The position numbers and the translations under genes were made by a program. A stretch of DNA of 63,335 nt, the filler included, from Pelomyxa schiedti (taxonomy: Eukaryota > Protista > Evosea): NCBI GenBank assembly GCA_020536535.1. It is 10 parts of 10 records of this genome, joined end to end, with 100 filler letters (N's around TTAATTAATTAA, not from the genome) between each part and the next. Parts side by side here need not be neighbours in the genome. Positions count along the whole stretch, not along the records: positions 1 to 4,808 come from JAHLWZ010001552.1; positions 4,909 to 17,459 come from JAHLWZ010000611.1; 8 more parts are not named here. One strand, given 5' to 3'. This document shows positions 1 to 12,405 of this stretch, in pieces. The stretch's first letter is position 1, and each line of letters begins with the position of its first letter. The notes beneath the pieces are model-generated. The model was not told the origin of the DNA. It saw only the letters and a program-made list of their open reading frames with translations, and searched no databases.

Positions 1-2
1 TG

Positions 3-618
3 ATAACCCTGAAGGCACTGGTCCATGTCATACGCGGCTTCATCAACTGGAAACCCATTGGGGATGCCGAGAAAGACATAGTAACAGCCCACAGTGACTG
101 GAACAGGGCAGTCCTCATGTGTGAACCACGGAAACACACAGGAGCAGCTCCTTCTTATGTGCCACGTGCCCTGGCTGAATACTACCTCGGCCGCTCATCT
201 GCCATCACTGAAGAGTGCACTCACTGCTACACAGCGGCACAGCTCGGCCACATTGGTGCCGCGTCCAGGGCAGCAAGGCTGCAGATAGAGCAGGGACTAC
301 CTCCAAGTGGATACATTGGGCACCTCATGACGGCATCAGAGGGCGGTGACTCCTGGGCGTGCTGCCACCTGGCCACGCTGCACGAGACAGGGTGCCAGGG
401 GGCAGGCCTGAGGATGGACATGGCAGAGGCCATGAGGCTGTACAGGATAGCAGCGGACCAAGGCAGGGGAGAGGCACAGCACAGGCTGGGTGCATTGCTG
501 ATACAGGATGATAGCAACGAAACCAAACAAGAAGGAGTGCTACTACTTCGACTTTGCCGCCAAGGCACAGGGAAGCAAAGAAAAGGATGAAAAAACAAAA
601 AGGGAATGTTTTGCATAA
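3..618 (+). CDS. SEL1-like repeat protein, 5'-partial, probable +1 frameshift near the C-terminus
   Basis: Frame 3 is open from base 3: ITLKALVHVIRG...VPRALAEYYLG...AMRLYRIAADQGRGEAQHRLG. Clear paralog of the C-terminal half of the 1620-4098 gene. Removing one T at 553-555 gives LRLAAKAQGS...stop at 616-618. Confidence 0.7.
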
Positions 619-1070
619 CAGCCACCACAACACTAGAGACAAATTTTCCACTGACGGCGCGGTACTGCCGCCGGCATTACCGGATGATTGTGAATGGTGT
701 CCCTAACGGGGAGTGACGAACACGTTCGCAGCGAGATAAGGAGGGAACAAAGTATTTATATATTTATTTATTTTAATTGATCTGATGGAGCTTGTGGTGA
801 AAGTGGTGTCGCTTCTAAGCCCGGTCTCTCATGAATTCCAAGTATTCAGTGGACGCACAGCACAGCATCATCAATGCCATTGAGTTTCACTATTTTCGTA
901 AACAAGAAAACCTTGTGTCTTCAGGCTCTATCCTCCCTTACTACACAAGTAAACCAATAACCACTTACACTCCAGCACACCTCACAGTGTCGTGGTCACT
1001 ATCCACAACCAATCTACCTCAGCACAGCTGTTCCACAAGTTGTTGGATTCCATTTTGGATTCGGAATCTC

Positions 1071-1140
1071 CCAATTGATCGACTTTTGCTTCAGGGTGCC
1101 CAAGTTGATGGACTTTGGCTTCAGGGTGCCCAAATTGATC
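1071..1140. repeat. 30-bp tandem repeat, about 2.3 copies
   Basis: CCAATTGATCGACTTTTGCTTCAGGGTGCC / CAAGTTGATGGACTTTGGCTTCAGGGTGCC / CAAATTGATC; on the minus strand it reads DQFGHPEAKV-HQLGHPEAKV-DQLG. Confidence 0.85.
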
Positions 1141-1225
1141 GTCCCGTGTTCTTTTTATGTAAAAAAAAATAAATGATGAGGTCAGATACCAACAAAAAAA
1201 ATAAATAGCAATCACCCTTGAAGCC

Positions 1226-1517
1226 ATGGGGAACCACTCCGTTAAGTGCGACCATTGCGGGAAAACGTACCTTTCTCTATCTCTCTTTCCCTCCACTCAC
1301 CACATACACACAACACAGGTGTTGCTACGACTGCAAGTCTGGGTCGAAGGGAGCATGCCACCGCTGCTGGCATGGCAAAGTTGCGTGCGCTGCGACTGGC
1401 ATCGCTGCTGCGGCCGTTGTGTTTCCTCCCATGGCGACACTCGGCATGACCGTGGGCGCGCTCACCTGTGAAATCTGCGGCCACACTTACGACCACCACA
1501 GCTGGGTTGATTGTTGA
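1226..1517 (+). CDS. 79-aa Cys/His-rich protein with a central hydrophobic segment
   Basis: ATG 1226; GT-AG intron 1267-1318; spliced MGNHSVKCDHCGKTCCYDCKSGSKGACHRCWHGKVACAATGIAAAAVVFPPMATLGMTVGALTCEICGHTYDHHSWVDC*. Confidence 0.75.
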
Positions 1518-1619
1518 CAAAAATTGTTTTTTTCCGTTGTATACAAATTTTTTCTAAGTCGATTTTTGTATCCTGGGGAGTCCCAACCTGTTCAAGGGAT
1601 TTCCCAGAACCGTTTCGAA

Positions 1620-4098
1620 ATGGGGGCAGCCAACACACGAGATGGACACCCAACAACCACAACCACCACCACAAATGAGGGAGGGCAAATGGAACAAGTA
1701 ACCACGGCAGACGTGGCCCCACAACAAGAACAGCAACAGCAACAGCAACAACCGGAGACGACAGCGGCAGAGCGGAGCTGTGGGTGCTGGCTGTGCTATC
1801 GCCCCTTCCCTCTGTCCTACACTCCCGCTCCTCCCGCTCAACTGGTATGTCTCTGTCTCTCTGTGTTGTGTGGTGCCATCCGCGCTCTGTCGGTGTTTGT
1901 TTACGGAACAATGCGTCTCAACCAACAGGAATGCGGACACAATTTATGTTGGGAGTGCATGGTGTCAGTTTGTACTCAGGAATACCTGGCTCCCTCGTCA
2001 GGCTACCCAAGACATGTGGAAGCTTCAACAGGGGAGGAGGATGAAGTTGCCCATATCGAATGCGGTGTGTGCCGACAAAGAACAACAATCAACATGAGGA
2101 ACCTCATGGATGACTTGGATGATGACGCTCCCAGAACTCCACGTTCGACATGGGATAAGACGAGGGCGCCGGAAAGTAGGAGCTCACTGATTTATAAATA
2201 AATGCAACGCAATTACTCACCTTCCATCAGGGACATGTATTTTTCACATTGGGCAACCACTGGAGGGTTATTGCGAGACAGATCAGTGCATGGTGTGCTC
2301 ACAGTGCATGCTGGGTAGCCATCGCACTCACAGGTTTACTGAACTTGCCGCACAAGCACACGATTCCAACCAGCAGGCACCCACTCTCATCCAGTCCATA
2401 CATCAACAAAAAGATGTGTTGGGATGGCTGGCAGTTGGAATTGAGGAATCAATTGCCTCCCTCACAACTGTATGTTCTGTGCTAAATCAGCGTCTACATT
2501 GTTTCATTTTAAAAAACAAATAGAAACAGAGGACAACTGAAAAAGAAATTGAAGAAACATTTGACAGACTGATGAGAGAACTGCAGAGGAAGAAAGAAGC
2601 ACTACTCTCCAACACAATCAAGATGTTCAAAAAACAGAAGGATACACTCAAACTGCAACTCAAATGTGTACGATATGCAGCTCCACACTTGGCAGTCTCT
2701 GAATCTAAGCTGGTGCAATTGACAAATCAACAGGAGAACAGGGCTACCCAACAACAAAGATCACCCTCAGCACCATACATTTATCACCACGGAAAGTACG
2801 AGGCTGAAGAAGTGACATCCTTGGTTGCCTTGACTAAAAGCCGGTTTCTACAAAATTGGAAGTCTCCGCTGGTGTGTCTCAACCCTTTTGGGTTTATTTG
2901 GCAAGTGCTAAAGTACCATCAGGATGTGTGTCTGGTCCAGAATGCTTTCCAAGTTGGTATTCAAGAACACGCCATCATATCTGCACTTGAGAGCATTGAT
3001 AACCTCTATCTTTCAAGTATAAAACCGACGAACATCACTCAACATACTGATTTAAAACCAACAGAAGAAGATTTCGCACTGACTGCACTGAGGAATCTTG
3101 CCCTTGGCAACTTTGAAAAGGCATTCCAAAATTGTGTTGCAATGTTCCCACCATCACCATTTGGTCCTCTTGACGGAATCCGCACCAACACTGCTCATGC
3201 ACCAAAGGAAATTGCCGCCAGATGCCTCAATCCAAACAAGTTCGAGGCACTTGGAATTATACTAATGCTGTTACTCCTTGACATGAGGCCAGTATTTTTG
3301 GACCGGCTGGGACCCTTTGATAGATATCCTTACCTGAGTCTGCTTACTCGTTTGGCTATACTGAAGGACACTTCACTCGGAATACTTCAGCAAGTGTGTT
3401 CCTGGGTCCTTTCGACGTCACCACGGTTCACTGCGTATCCACACCACCACAGAGAAAGGAGGTCAAGCGCAGTGGTGAGCAGGTACATGGACCACAACGG
3501 GGATGATGTGCGTATTACTAGCTTGATTGCACTTGTCCACGTCATCCAGGGCTACCTGGTCACAGTCCCACAGGATTCAAACGCGGCCTGCGGTTACTGG
3601 GAGAGGGCAGCTTCTACGTGTGGCAAGCAAATTGCCTACAAAGTGCCACGTGCACTGGCTGAGCACTACCTTGGTAGTGATGCAACAACCGACCACCTTC
3701 TCCACCTCAAGACTGCAGCACAGCTTGGCAACGTGTGTGCAGCGGCTGACCTTGTGCAACAATGGCCACTAGGAAGGGATGATGCGCGGTGGCTGGTGAT
3801 GGCATCTGATGGTGGCCACGCCTGGGCACAGACACACCTCGCCAAGCTATACGAGCAAGGTCTTGAGGATGCAGGGGTGAAAAGGAACAGGGACACGCAG
3901 GAAGCCATGCGTCTGTACTCCATCGCCGCCAACAAAGGCTTTCCATCGGCACAGTACAGGCTCGCTGTGCTGCTCCTGCAGCAGGACGGCGACAGCAGTG
4001 AACCCAACCCAGAGGCTGTGAGGCTTCTCAGACTGGCTGGAGGCCCAGGGGGTTCTCTGAAGGCAACAAGTCAACTGGCGAGTATGGGATTGCCATGA
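1620..4098 (+). CDS. TRIM-like RING / B-box / coiled-coil protein with C-terminal SEL1-like repeats (~761 aa)
   Basis: Introns 1845-1928, 2176-2230 and 2470-2523 join in frame. C3HC4 RING (CWLC..CGHNLCWEC..CGVC), B-box (CIFH..YCETDQCMVCSQCMLGSHRTH), coiled coil (KEIEETFDRLMRELQRKKE), SEL1 motifs (AMRLYSIAANKGFPSAQYRLA). Confidence 0.8.
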
Positions 4099-4180
4099 AC
4101 TTTTTTTTTGTTTTCAACTTTTTGTGATGGAGTTTTTACAGGATGGTCTAGAAGGACGTGGATTTAGGCCAAGGGTTGTC

Positions 4181-4808
4181 TCACAGGTTGGATATGCCTG
4201 TGAATCCGCCACCCCCAAGTGGTATCCCCGACCCCATCTGCATGTTGTCAGACATAGGAATCCCCGATGACATTTGCTGTGGTAGAACGCCGGGAGGGGG
4301 CATGCCAATTCCCATGCCCATCGCCATTCCGCCTGTATTCACACTCATTCCCATGCCCATTCCCATTCCCATTCCCATTCCCATTCCGCCTGTATTCACA
4401 CCCATTCCCATGCCCATGTTCATTTGCGAGGGGTCAACCGGTAAAGTTACAGGTACCGGTGGTGGCATAATTGCCTGAAGGCCTGGTTATGAATTAGGGA
4501 GGATGCAAAATGAAGATGTGAGGGTAGTTTTACCGTAGGGGCCAACGCCGAACTCTTGTCTGATGGGTTGATCAAACGCGGAGTTGCTTTTCTCTTTTTC
4601 CTCTTTGGCTTTTTGGATTGCCTCGAGTTTGGAGAGTCGTTTTTCGAGTGATTTGATCTGAAACCAACTGTTAGTGTGTTTGGGTGGAAAGGAATGGGTA
4701 AAACCTTGTGTGTGTATGTGCGGTATGATTGGATGAGGAATGGATATGTGTATTCCATCAAATTATTTCTCCAGCCGTATTCAAGGGCCAGATCCGGTCG
4801 GATAAGCT
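4181..4808 (-). CDS. 3' part of a low-complexity Gly/Met/Pro-rich protein, 5'-partial
   Basis: ORF 4468-4181 MPPPVPV..MGMGMGMG..GMPPPGVLPQQM; encoded by (ATTCCC)n arrays on the + strand; upstream Lys/Arg-rich exon; splice model uncertain. Confidence 0.5.
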
Positions 4809-4908
4809 NNNNNNNNNNNNNNNNNNNNNNNNNNNNNNNNNNNNNNNNNNNNTTAATTAATTAANNNNNNNNNNNNNNNNNNNNNNNNNNNNNNNNNNNN
4901 NNNNNNNN
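4809..4908. other. Artificial contig spacer
   Basis: N44-TTAATTAATTAA-N44 (stops in all six frames). Confidence 0.97.
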
Positions 4909-5530
4909 AGGATAATAATAGGGTGCGATCATGGTGCGTACGATCTCAAGTTAGTTGTGATGGCGTATCTGCGTGAGTGCAATTACGACGTCGTCGACGT
5001 AGGATGCTTCAACAACGCAAGGGTGTGCGCGTGTGCCATAGTGAAGTTACCTTTGTTTTATTGGCCCCCAAATGCTGACCTTTTTTAAAAAACCATAATA
5101 ATACTTAATACTTGTTAACGCAGGTAGACTACCCGGATATTGCTTTGGCTGTGTGCACGAGAGTTGTTTCGGGCGAATTCAGTAATACACTAATCGATAA
5201 TGCTTTCTCTATGAGTTTGACCTTTTCGAATTAGAGATGGGAATAGTACTCTGTGGTACCGGAATTGGCATTTCCATTGCTTGCAACAAGGTCAAAGGCA
5301 TCCGATGTGCCTTGTGCCACGACCACTACACAGCAATAATGGCCCGACAGGTATTTTTTGCAACTCAAAAATACAACAACAATGATCCCCTGTAACTAAC
5401 GCCATGATAAAAACCCCCACACAGCACAATGATGCCAACGTGCTAGCACTTGGTGGCCGCGTTACGGGTCCTGAAGTAGCGAAGGATATTGTGAAAGCCT
5501 TCCTTGCTGAGAAGTTTGCTGGGCTGCAAC
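4909..5530 (+). CDS. rpiB: Ribose-5-phosphate isomerase B, copy A, truncated by contig start and N gap
   Basis: [13 protein letters not shown]..|VDYPDIA..|[28 protein letters not shown]..|[13 protein letters not shown]; three introns. Confidence 0.9.
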
Positions 5531-5630
5531 NNNNNNNNNNNNNNNNNNNNNNNNNNNNNNNNNNNNNNNNNNNNNNNNNNNNNNNNNNNNNNNNNNNNNN
5601 NNNNNNNNNNNNNNNNNNNNNNNNNNNNNN

Positions 5631-5844
5631 ATTGTACGTCGGTAGAGGTTTTATCGCTACCAATTTCCGCGTTATTGTTGTAGTTTTTTTCGTAGTCGTA
5701 CACAGAGCCGTGAGAAGGGGGCGTTGTTGAAAGTGACAAGGGAGCAACAGGTGATGTGGAAGATGGTCCCATAATAGCGCCCCGCTTTTGCGGCGATCCA
5801 ACACCGTCAAGACTGCCACCAATAGAGGCAGACATGAATAACAC
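5631..5844 (-). CDS. Hypothetical protein fragment running into an N gap
   Basis: Open frame MSASIGGSLDGVGSPQKRGAIMGPSSTSPVAP...; no family recognised. Confidence 0.3.
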
Positions 5845-6262
5845 CCCCTTGTGAATCTACCTTTTCTTTTTATTTTTTCTTTTTCGCTTGACACTTCCAT
5901 CAAGTTCCGAAAGAACAACAATCAGATATGATCTGCTAATCGGTTCGCCTTATTTGATTCTGGAGGTGATGATGTACTATAGTACCTTGCCCAGAGGTGA
6001 GCGTCACTCTTTGACATCGTTGCATATATTCACAAAAGAGACAAACGACGTGGGCATTCGAACCCGAAAAAGTGGTGTCTCTCCGACCTCTTTAACGCAA
6101 TCCTCGACAACGTAAAAGTGAAACTGAAACTATTCCTCCTTCGAGTCCAATCTCGTCATTCTGAGGTGTTGGCTTTTGGCGTGGAGAAAACAATAAAATA
6201 TAAAAACAACAAAACAAAAAATAACACCGCACGCGCAAAACAACAACACCGAAAAGCGACAA

Positions 6263-6882
<620 letters not shown>

Positions 6883-7424
6883 GCTCCTGTTGCTGCAGCG
6901 TTATCACACTTGTATCCGTAGTCATAAGAAACCCTCACCAAAACAAAAACACCCCTCTGTGAATGTCAGTCTCATCCCGCTTCACTCTTCACACAACCGA
7001 GCCTCAAGCAGGAAGGAAGGCACCAAGCATGCTGTCTTTGTGTTTTTCTGTATGCTTGTTTGGGACCTGGTTTGAAGACTGAAACGAAAACAAGCAAAGT
7101 AAACACAAAATCCCTTGTTGGGTGTGTCTTTTTGACACATGTGTTCCAAAAAATGTTTCAGAACACTTTTCTCTTTGGTTTTTTTAAGAAAAACGAAAAC
7201 AAGTCAGTGCAGAAAGTTTTTTTCAGGAGATCTCATTACAACATTGTATTGTTTTTGCAAAACATCACGAGGCCTCTGCCAGTACCAGGGGCAGCTGAGG
7301 CAAGATAGAATGGTAGAGTTGTCCGAAGTAAATTGTGGGTGAAATCACACGAGGGAAACGAAAGCAAGAAGGAAATAAAGACGAGAAAGAGAGTATTGGG
7401 TAGTTTATTTTCAGTGAGAGCCAA

Positions 7425-9822
7425 TCAATCCACTTGCTCAATCTTCACGGTGGTTGAGTTCCTGCGTTAGGGTAGGTTAGCTTAGAATCTAATGAGGAGG
7501 GTTGCTTGCCTTGGCTCTTGCATATTCGGTTGTGTTGAGAAAGAACCCGGGACACCAGTGGGTGATGAGGCTGTGCCGCCGCTCCGCGCGTAAAGTTGCG
7601 TAATTATGGGCTGCACGACGGCTTCCAGCTGCTGCATGCGGTCGTCGTACTGCTCTTTGGTTGCTTGCTGGTTAGAATCCAGCCAGTCAATTGCTGACTT
7701 GCAAGCTTGTTCAATCTGTGGAAAATGTTGATATGATAGGAATTGAAAAAAATGTCGCCATACCTGCTGTTTCTCGTCTACCGGTATTTTATCGGCCACA
7801 GCGGAGTCCTTCAGGGAATTCCGCACGGAGTACACATAACTCTCTAGATGGTGCTTAGATTCCAGCCTGCCTTTTTGCTCTTCGTCATCAGTCTTGAACT
7901 GTTCCGCCTCTCTCACCATTGCATCAATTTGGGCGGCTGAAAGCCGGCCTTTGTCGTTTCGAATGGTGATATTCCGTTTTATACCTGATGTCCTGTCTTC
8001 AGCTGTTACGTTGAGTATACCATCAGAGTCGACATCAAACGTTACCTCTACTTGGGGAACACCTCTTGGTGCGGGTGGAATACCAGACAGCTCAAACTTG
8101 CCCAACAGATTACAGTTCCTTGTCATGGCACGCTCTCCTTCGTAAACTTGTATAAGAACTCCTGGCTGATTGTCGGCGTAGGTGGAGAAAGTCTGTGACT
8201 TCTTGGTTGGAACAACAGTATTGCGTGGTATCAGTGGCGTCATAACACCTCCAGCTGTTTCAATGCCCAGGGTCAGAGGCGTAATATCCAATAGTACCAT
8301 CTTCTTGATTTTGGCACTTTCATCTCCAGTCAGAACTGCTGCTTGGACTGCGGCGCCATAAGCGACGGCCTCATCTGGGTTGACTGACTGATTAAGTTCT
8401 TTTCCATTGAAGAATTCTCGCAGAAGTTCTTGCACCTTTGGTATCCTAGTAGATCCACCAACAAGTACAACTGTCATTATGTTAGATTTCGATGTGAATA
8501 CAGAGTATAATACCTTCATGGATTGAGCTTTTATCCAGCCTGGAGTCGCGCAGGACTTTTTCTACAGGGTCCAACGTAGACTTGAAGAGGTCCAGATTTA
8601 GTTCCTCAAATTTTGCCCTTGTAATGGTGGTATAGTAGTCTACTCCTTCATAAAGCATATCAACTTCAATGGATGCTTGCATCTGTTCTCCGAATCAGAG
8701 GTTGAAAAGCAAAAAGTGAAGGTACCTGTGATGAGAGTGTTCTCTTTGCCCTCTCACAGGCAGTTCGTAGGCGGCGCAGAGCACGGGGGTTCTGTGTGAT
8801 GTCCAAATTTTGACGCCTCTTGAAATCTTTCACACAGTATTCTACCATCCTGTTGTCAAAGTCCTCTCCACCCAGATGAGTGTCACCAGACGTTGCCTTT
8901 ACTTCAAATACGCCATCCTCAATAGCTAACAGCGACACATCAAACGTGCCTCCTCCCAAGTCAAAGATCAAGATATTCTTTTCGCTTCCACTGTTGTCCA
9001 GTCCATAGGCAATTGCAGCTGCAGTCGGTTCGTTTATAATCCGGAGAACATTCAATCCAGCAATCAGTCCAGCATCTTTGGTAGCTTGCCTCTGAGAGTC
9101 GTTGAAATAAGCCGGACAACTTTAGTGGGAGTTAGAATTGGTTGTAAAACCAGAGTAGGCTTACGTGATAACAGCATCCTTAACAGGATGGCCGAGGTAT
9201 TCCTCTGCTATCTCTTTCATCTTAATGAGAACCATCGAAGATATCTCCTCTGGTGCAAAAGTCTTCACTACCCCCTTGAAAGTCACTTGTATAACAGGTT
9301 TATCCCCCTGGTTCACAACCTGCCAAAGCAAATTCACGGTAAGCAAATTATTTATATAATTTAACTTACACTACATTTATAATTTTACCCTATATAATTT
9401 AACTAACTACATAGTACACTCTCGTATCCAAAACATTTAAGTGACAAATATAATATGTCATTCAAAGATGGTAAGAATCAACCAACCGTAAATGGCCAAT
9501 GCTTCATGTCGCTCTGCACAGACGGATCGCTGAATCTCCTGCCAATGAGCCTCTTGGCGTCGAACACGGTGTTCTGCACGTTCATTGGCATCTGGCACTT
9601 TGCGGCGTCGCCGATGAGCCTCTCCGAGTCGGTGAAGGCCACGTGGGACGGCGTGACCCGGTTGCCCTGGTCGTTGGGTATGATCTCCACCCGGTCGCCA
9701 CGCCACACGCCCACGCACGAGTACGTGGTCCCAAGGTCGATGCCGATCCCAATGGACGAGCGACGTGGATGGGGCGCCGTGGTGCTGCTGCTGCTGGAAT
9801 TAGATGACGAGGATGATGTCAT
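7425..9822 (-). CDS. hsp70: Cytosolic-type Hsp70
   Basis: [52 protein letters not shown] signatures; multi-exon; last intron 7462-7509 is GC-AG; ends KIEQVD*. Confidence 0.95.
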
Positions 9823-9943
9823 TTTTGTTGGTTGTTGTTTGTTGGTTGTGTGTGTGTTACGGCTTGGTTTTACAATGCTTGGTTGTGGTTATCGTTGTTG
9901 TTTCTCTTTGTTGTTGTACTGACAGTGCCATCGATGGCCGTAG

Positions 9944-9953
9944 CTTTATAAAG
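9944..9953 (-). promoter_or_regulatory. Candidate TATA box of hsp70
   Basis: Palindromic CTTTATAAAG about 125 nt upstream of the hsp70 ATG. Confidence 0.3.
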
Positions 9954-10559
9954 TTGATGAAAAAACCAACCGTTGATGGCTTTCTGTGTTGGGGAACACC
10001 AGGACAGATTTCCGCAAGAAACAGAGGAGAAGAAGACGGGCTCCCAGCGAAAAACAAATGGAAAACCAACGAATTTCGGTTTAGCCAAAAATCTAAATCC
10101 TTATTGTGTGACAGGACATCCTGAGAGTCCGTTCCTGATTGGTCACTGGGTGGTCCAAGACACTCCACTCCACTCCACGCCACTCTGGCTGCATATGGTG
10201 GGGAGTGACAGGAGTTCTCTTTCTTCTCGTTTCTTTTCTGCTGCCTTGCGGTTTTTTTTAAATGGCACTTCAGGTCACGGCGTCGGCGTCTGCCATTTAG
10301 GTAATCATTTAGGTGACAATGGCAGAAAACTGTTGAGAGCATCAGCCCCAACAGTAGTGACGACGACGGGTGCAAGGTTTCGCCTGATGCTGCCAACAAA
10401 GTGTGATTTCCAAGGAATGGATGTGAGATGTTTCCAACACGTTGTTGTACCTTGCTCAGGATCGTGAGTCGTTGGGCCAGCCTTCCACCCACCTTGCTGT
10501 GCATAAGTTTGACGCATCCAAGCACACAAGTAAGTGAAACACAATGTACCAAATAACAA

Positions 10560-11265
10560 AAAAAAAAAACCCATAACATGGTGTCAAACACTTGCCAGAT
10601 AGCCCTGTGACGGCCACTGAGCAACACATTGAAATGAGGAACCAAATTCAAAAGGTATTCGGCTTTTATTCATTGTGCCATTTACCTTAAAAACAAAGCC
10701 TGGCAACAGGAACCAGTGCCAAACCAAAGAGGCTTCCTCACGCCCGAGAAGTGTGTTCTTGCTTCGCATACATGAAACCTCACATCATTACTAGGGGATT
10801 ATGATGCCGATGGTGATCCAAAGAACAGCAACCTTTGGTTTGTGCCAGGGTCATTGGCCGAACGCCTCTCACCAAAGCTGGCCCTTCATGTCTCAATCCC
10901 TGTTGGTCCCCCACCACCACACACCAAAGTGCCGCCCCAGGATAGCAGCTGTGTACAGTCCCACCAACCACCATGAAATGCTCAATCAACTTCCCAAACA
11001 TAACATTGGACAATCCTTTGTCCTATCATTGTACAAAAGGAGGAACTCTTCCTTTTGGTATTGTTTTACATTGGGGCTCTCTTTAATCGAACAATGGGGT
11101 GCCAATGGAGTGGATTTGCAGAGGTGTGAGGGTTCCACATCGAGGGAAACCTACAGCTACCACTTCCACTTTAATGGAGAACGCGGTGTTTGCAAGCATG
11201 AACTGGCAGATTCTGGGGTTTATAAAGTGTGTGCCCAGGGGAGTAATGTCTTTCAGAATGCATGA
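10560..11265 (+). CDS. Hypothetical multi-exon gene or remnant
   Basis: Protein-like frames (GDYDADGDPKNSNLWFVPGSLAERL; RETYSYHFHFNGERGVCKHEL) separated by GT..AG candidates; no family recognised. Confidence 0.25.
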
Positions 11266-11303
11266 TTACCTGTGACAGGAAAACCAAAAAAAAAACCGAA
11301 GTG

Positions 11304-12258
11304 ATGGCATCGTCATTGACTACGACGGGGGGGGAGGGCAGGATAATAATAGGGTGCGATCATGGTGCGTACGATCTCAAGTTAGTTGTGATGGCGTATC
11401 TGCGTGAGTGCAATTACGACGTCGTCGACGTAGGATGCTTCAACAACGCAAGGGTGTGCGTGTGTGCCCAAAGTGAAGTTACCTTTGTTTTATTGGCCCC
11501 CAAATGCTGATGACCCTAACCCTTTTAAAAAAAAAACATTGTAATAATAATACTTTATACTTAATACTTGTTAACGCAGGTAGACTACCCGGATATTGCT
11601 TTGGCTGTGTGCACGAGAGTTGTTTCGGGCGAATTCAGTAATACGCTAATCGTAATGCTTTCTCTATGAGTTTCACCTTTTTGAATTAGAGATGGGAATA
11701 GTACTCTGTGGTACCGGAATTGGCATTTCCATTGCTTGCAACAAGGTCAAAGGCATCCGGTGTGCCTTGTGCCACGACCACTACACAGCAATAATGGCCC
11801 GACAGGTATTTTTTGCAACTCAAAAATACAACAACAATGATCCCCTGTAACTAACGCCATGATAAAACCCCCACACAGCACAATGATGCCAACGTGCTAG
11901 CACTTGGTGGCCGCGTTACGGGTCCTGAAGTAGCGAAGGATATTGTGAAAGCCTTCCTTGCTGAGAAGTTTGCTGGGCTGCAACNNNNNNNNNNNNNNNN
12001 NNNNNNNNNNNNNNNNNNNNNNNNNNNNNNNNNNNNNNNNNNNNNNNNNNNNNNNNNNNNNNNNNNNNNNNNNNNNNNNNNNNNAAAACCCCCACACAGC
12101 ACAATGATGCCAACGTGCTAGCACTTGGTGGCCGCGTTACGGGTCCTGAAGTAGCGAAGGATATTGTGAAAGCCTTCCTTGCTGAGAAGTTTGCTGGGCT
12201 GCAACACACCGCCAGACTTACTAAGATAGCAAACATCGAAGCCACGGGCTCTTGCTAG
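11304..12258 (+). CDS. rpiB: Ribose-5-phosphate isomerase B, copy B (complete once the gap overlap is collapsed)
   Basis: ATG 11304; introns 11454-11579, 11638-11689 and a third after IMARQ; CDHG and catalytic CGTGIG motifs; ends [17 protein letters not shown] at 12258. Confidence 0.93.
12085..12205 (+). repeat. Exact duplicate of 11864-11984 across an N gap (assembly overlap)
   Basis: 121 identical bases on both sides of the 100-N gap. Confidence 0.85.
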
Positions 12259-12405
12259 AGGATCAAAACAACCAATCTCCGCGTTACAACTGAGGAAACC
12301 GCATGCCATTCAAACGGTAATTAATAACAGACGAGTTAGTCTATGTGTGATTTATTTCCACTTGAGCACACTCACATTTACACCGGCAAACACAAACGAA
12401 ACAAC

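Noticed and set aside
4853-4864. TTAATTAATTAA recurring nine times, and the LIN/N peptides it adds to ORFs
   Set aside because: Always centred in N44..N44; a six-frame-stop linker added during concatenation.
5980-6150. Minus-strand MTRLDSKEE*FQFHFYVV... with an in-frame TAG
   Set aside because: No homology anchor and downstream frames are closed, so readthrough cannot be argued.
6883-6960. Histone 3' stem-loop
   Set aside because: No canonical stem-loop found; an intron-containing H3 is expected to be polyadenylated.
11864-12205. Internal exon duplication in rpiB
   Set aside because: Exact 121-bp overlap on both sides of an N gap is typical of unmerged contig ends.
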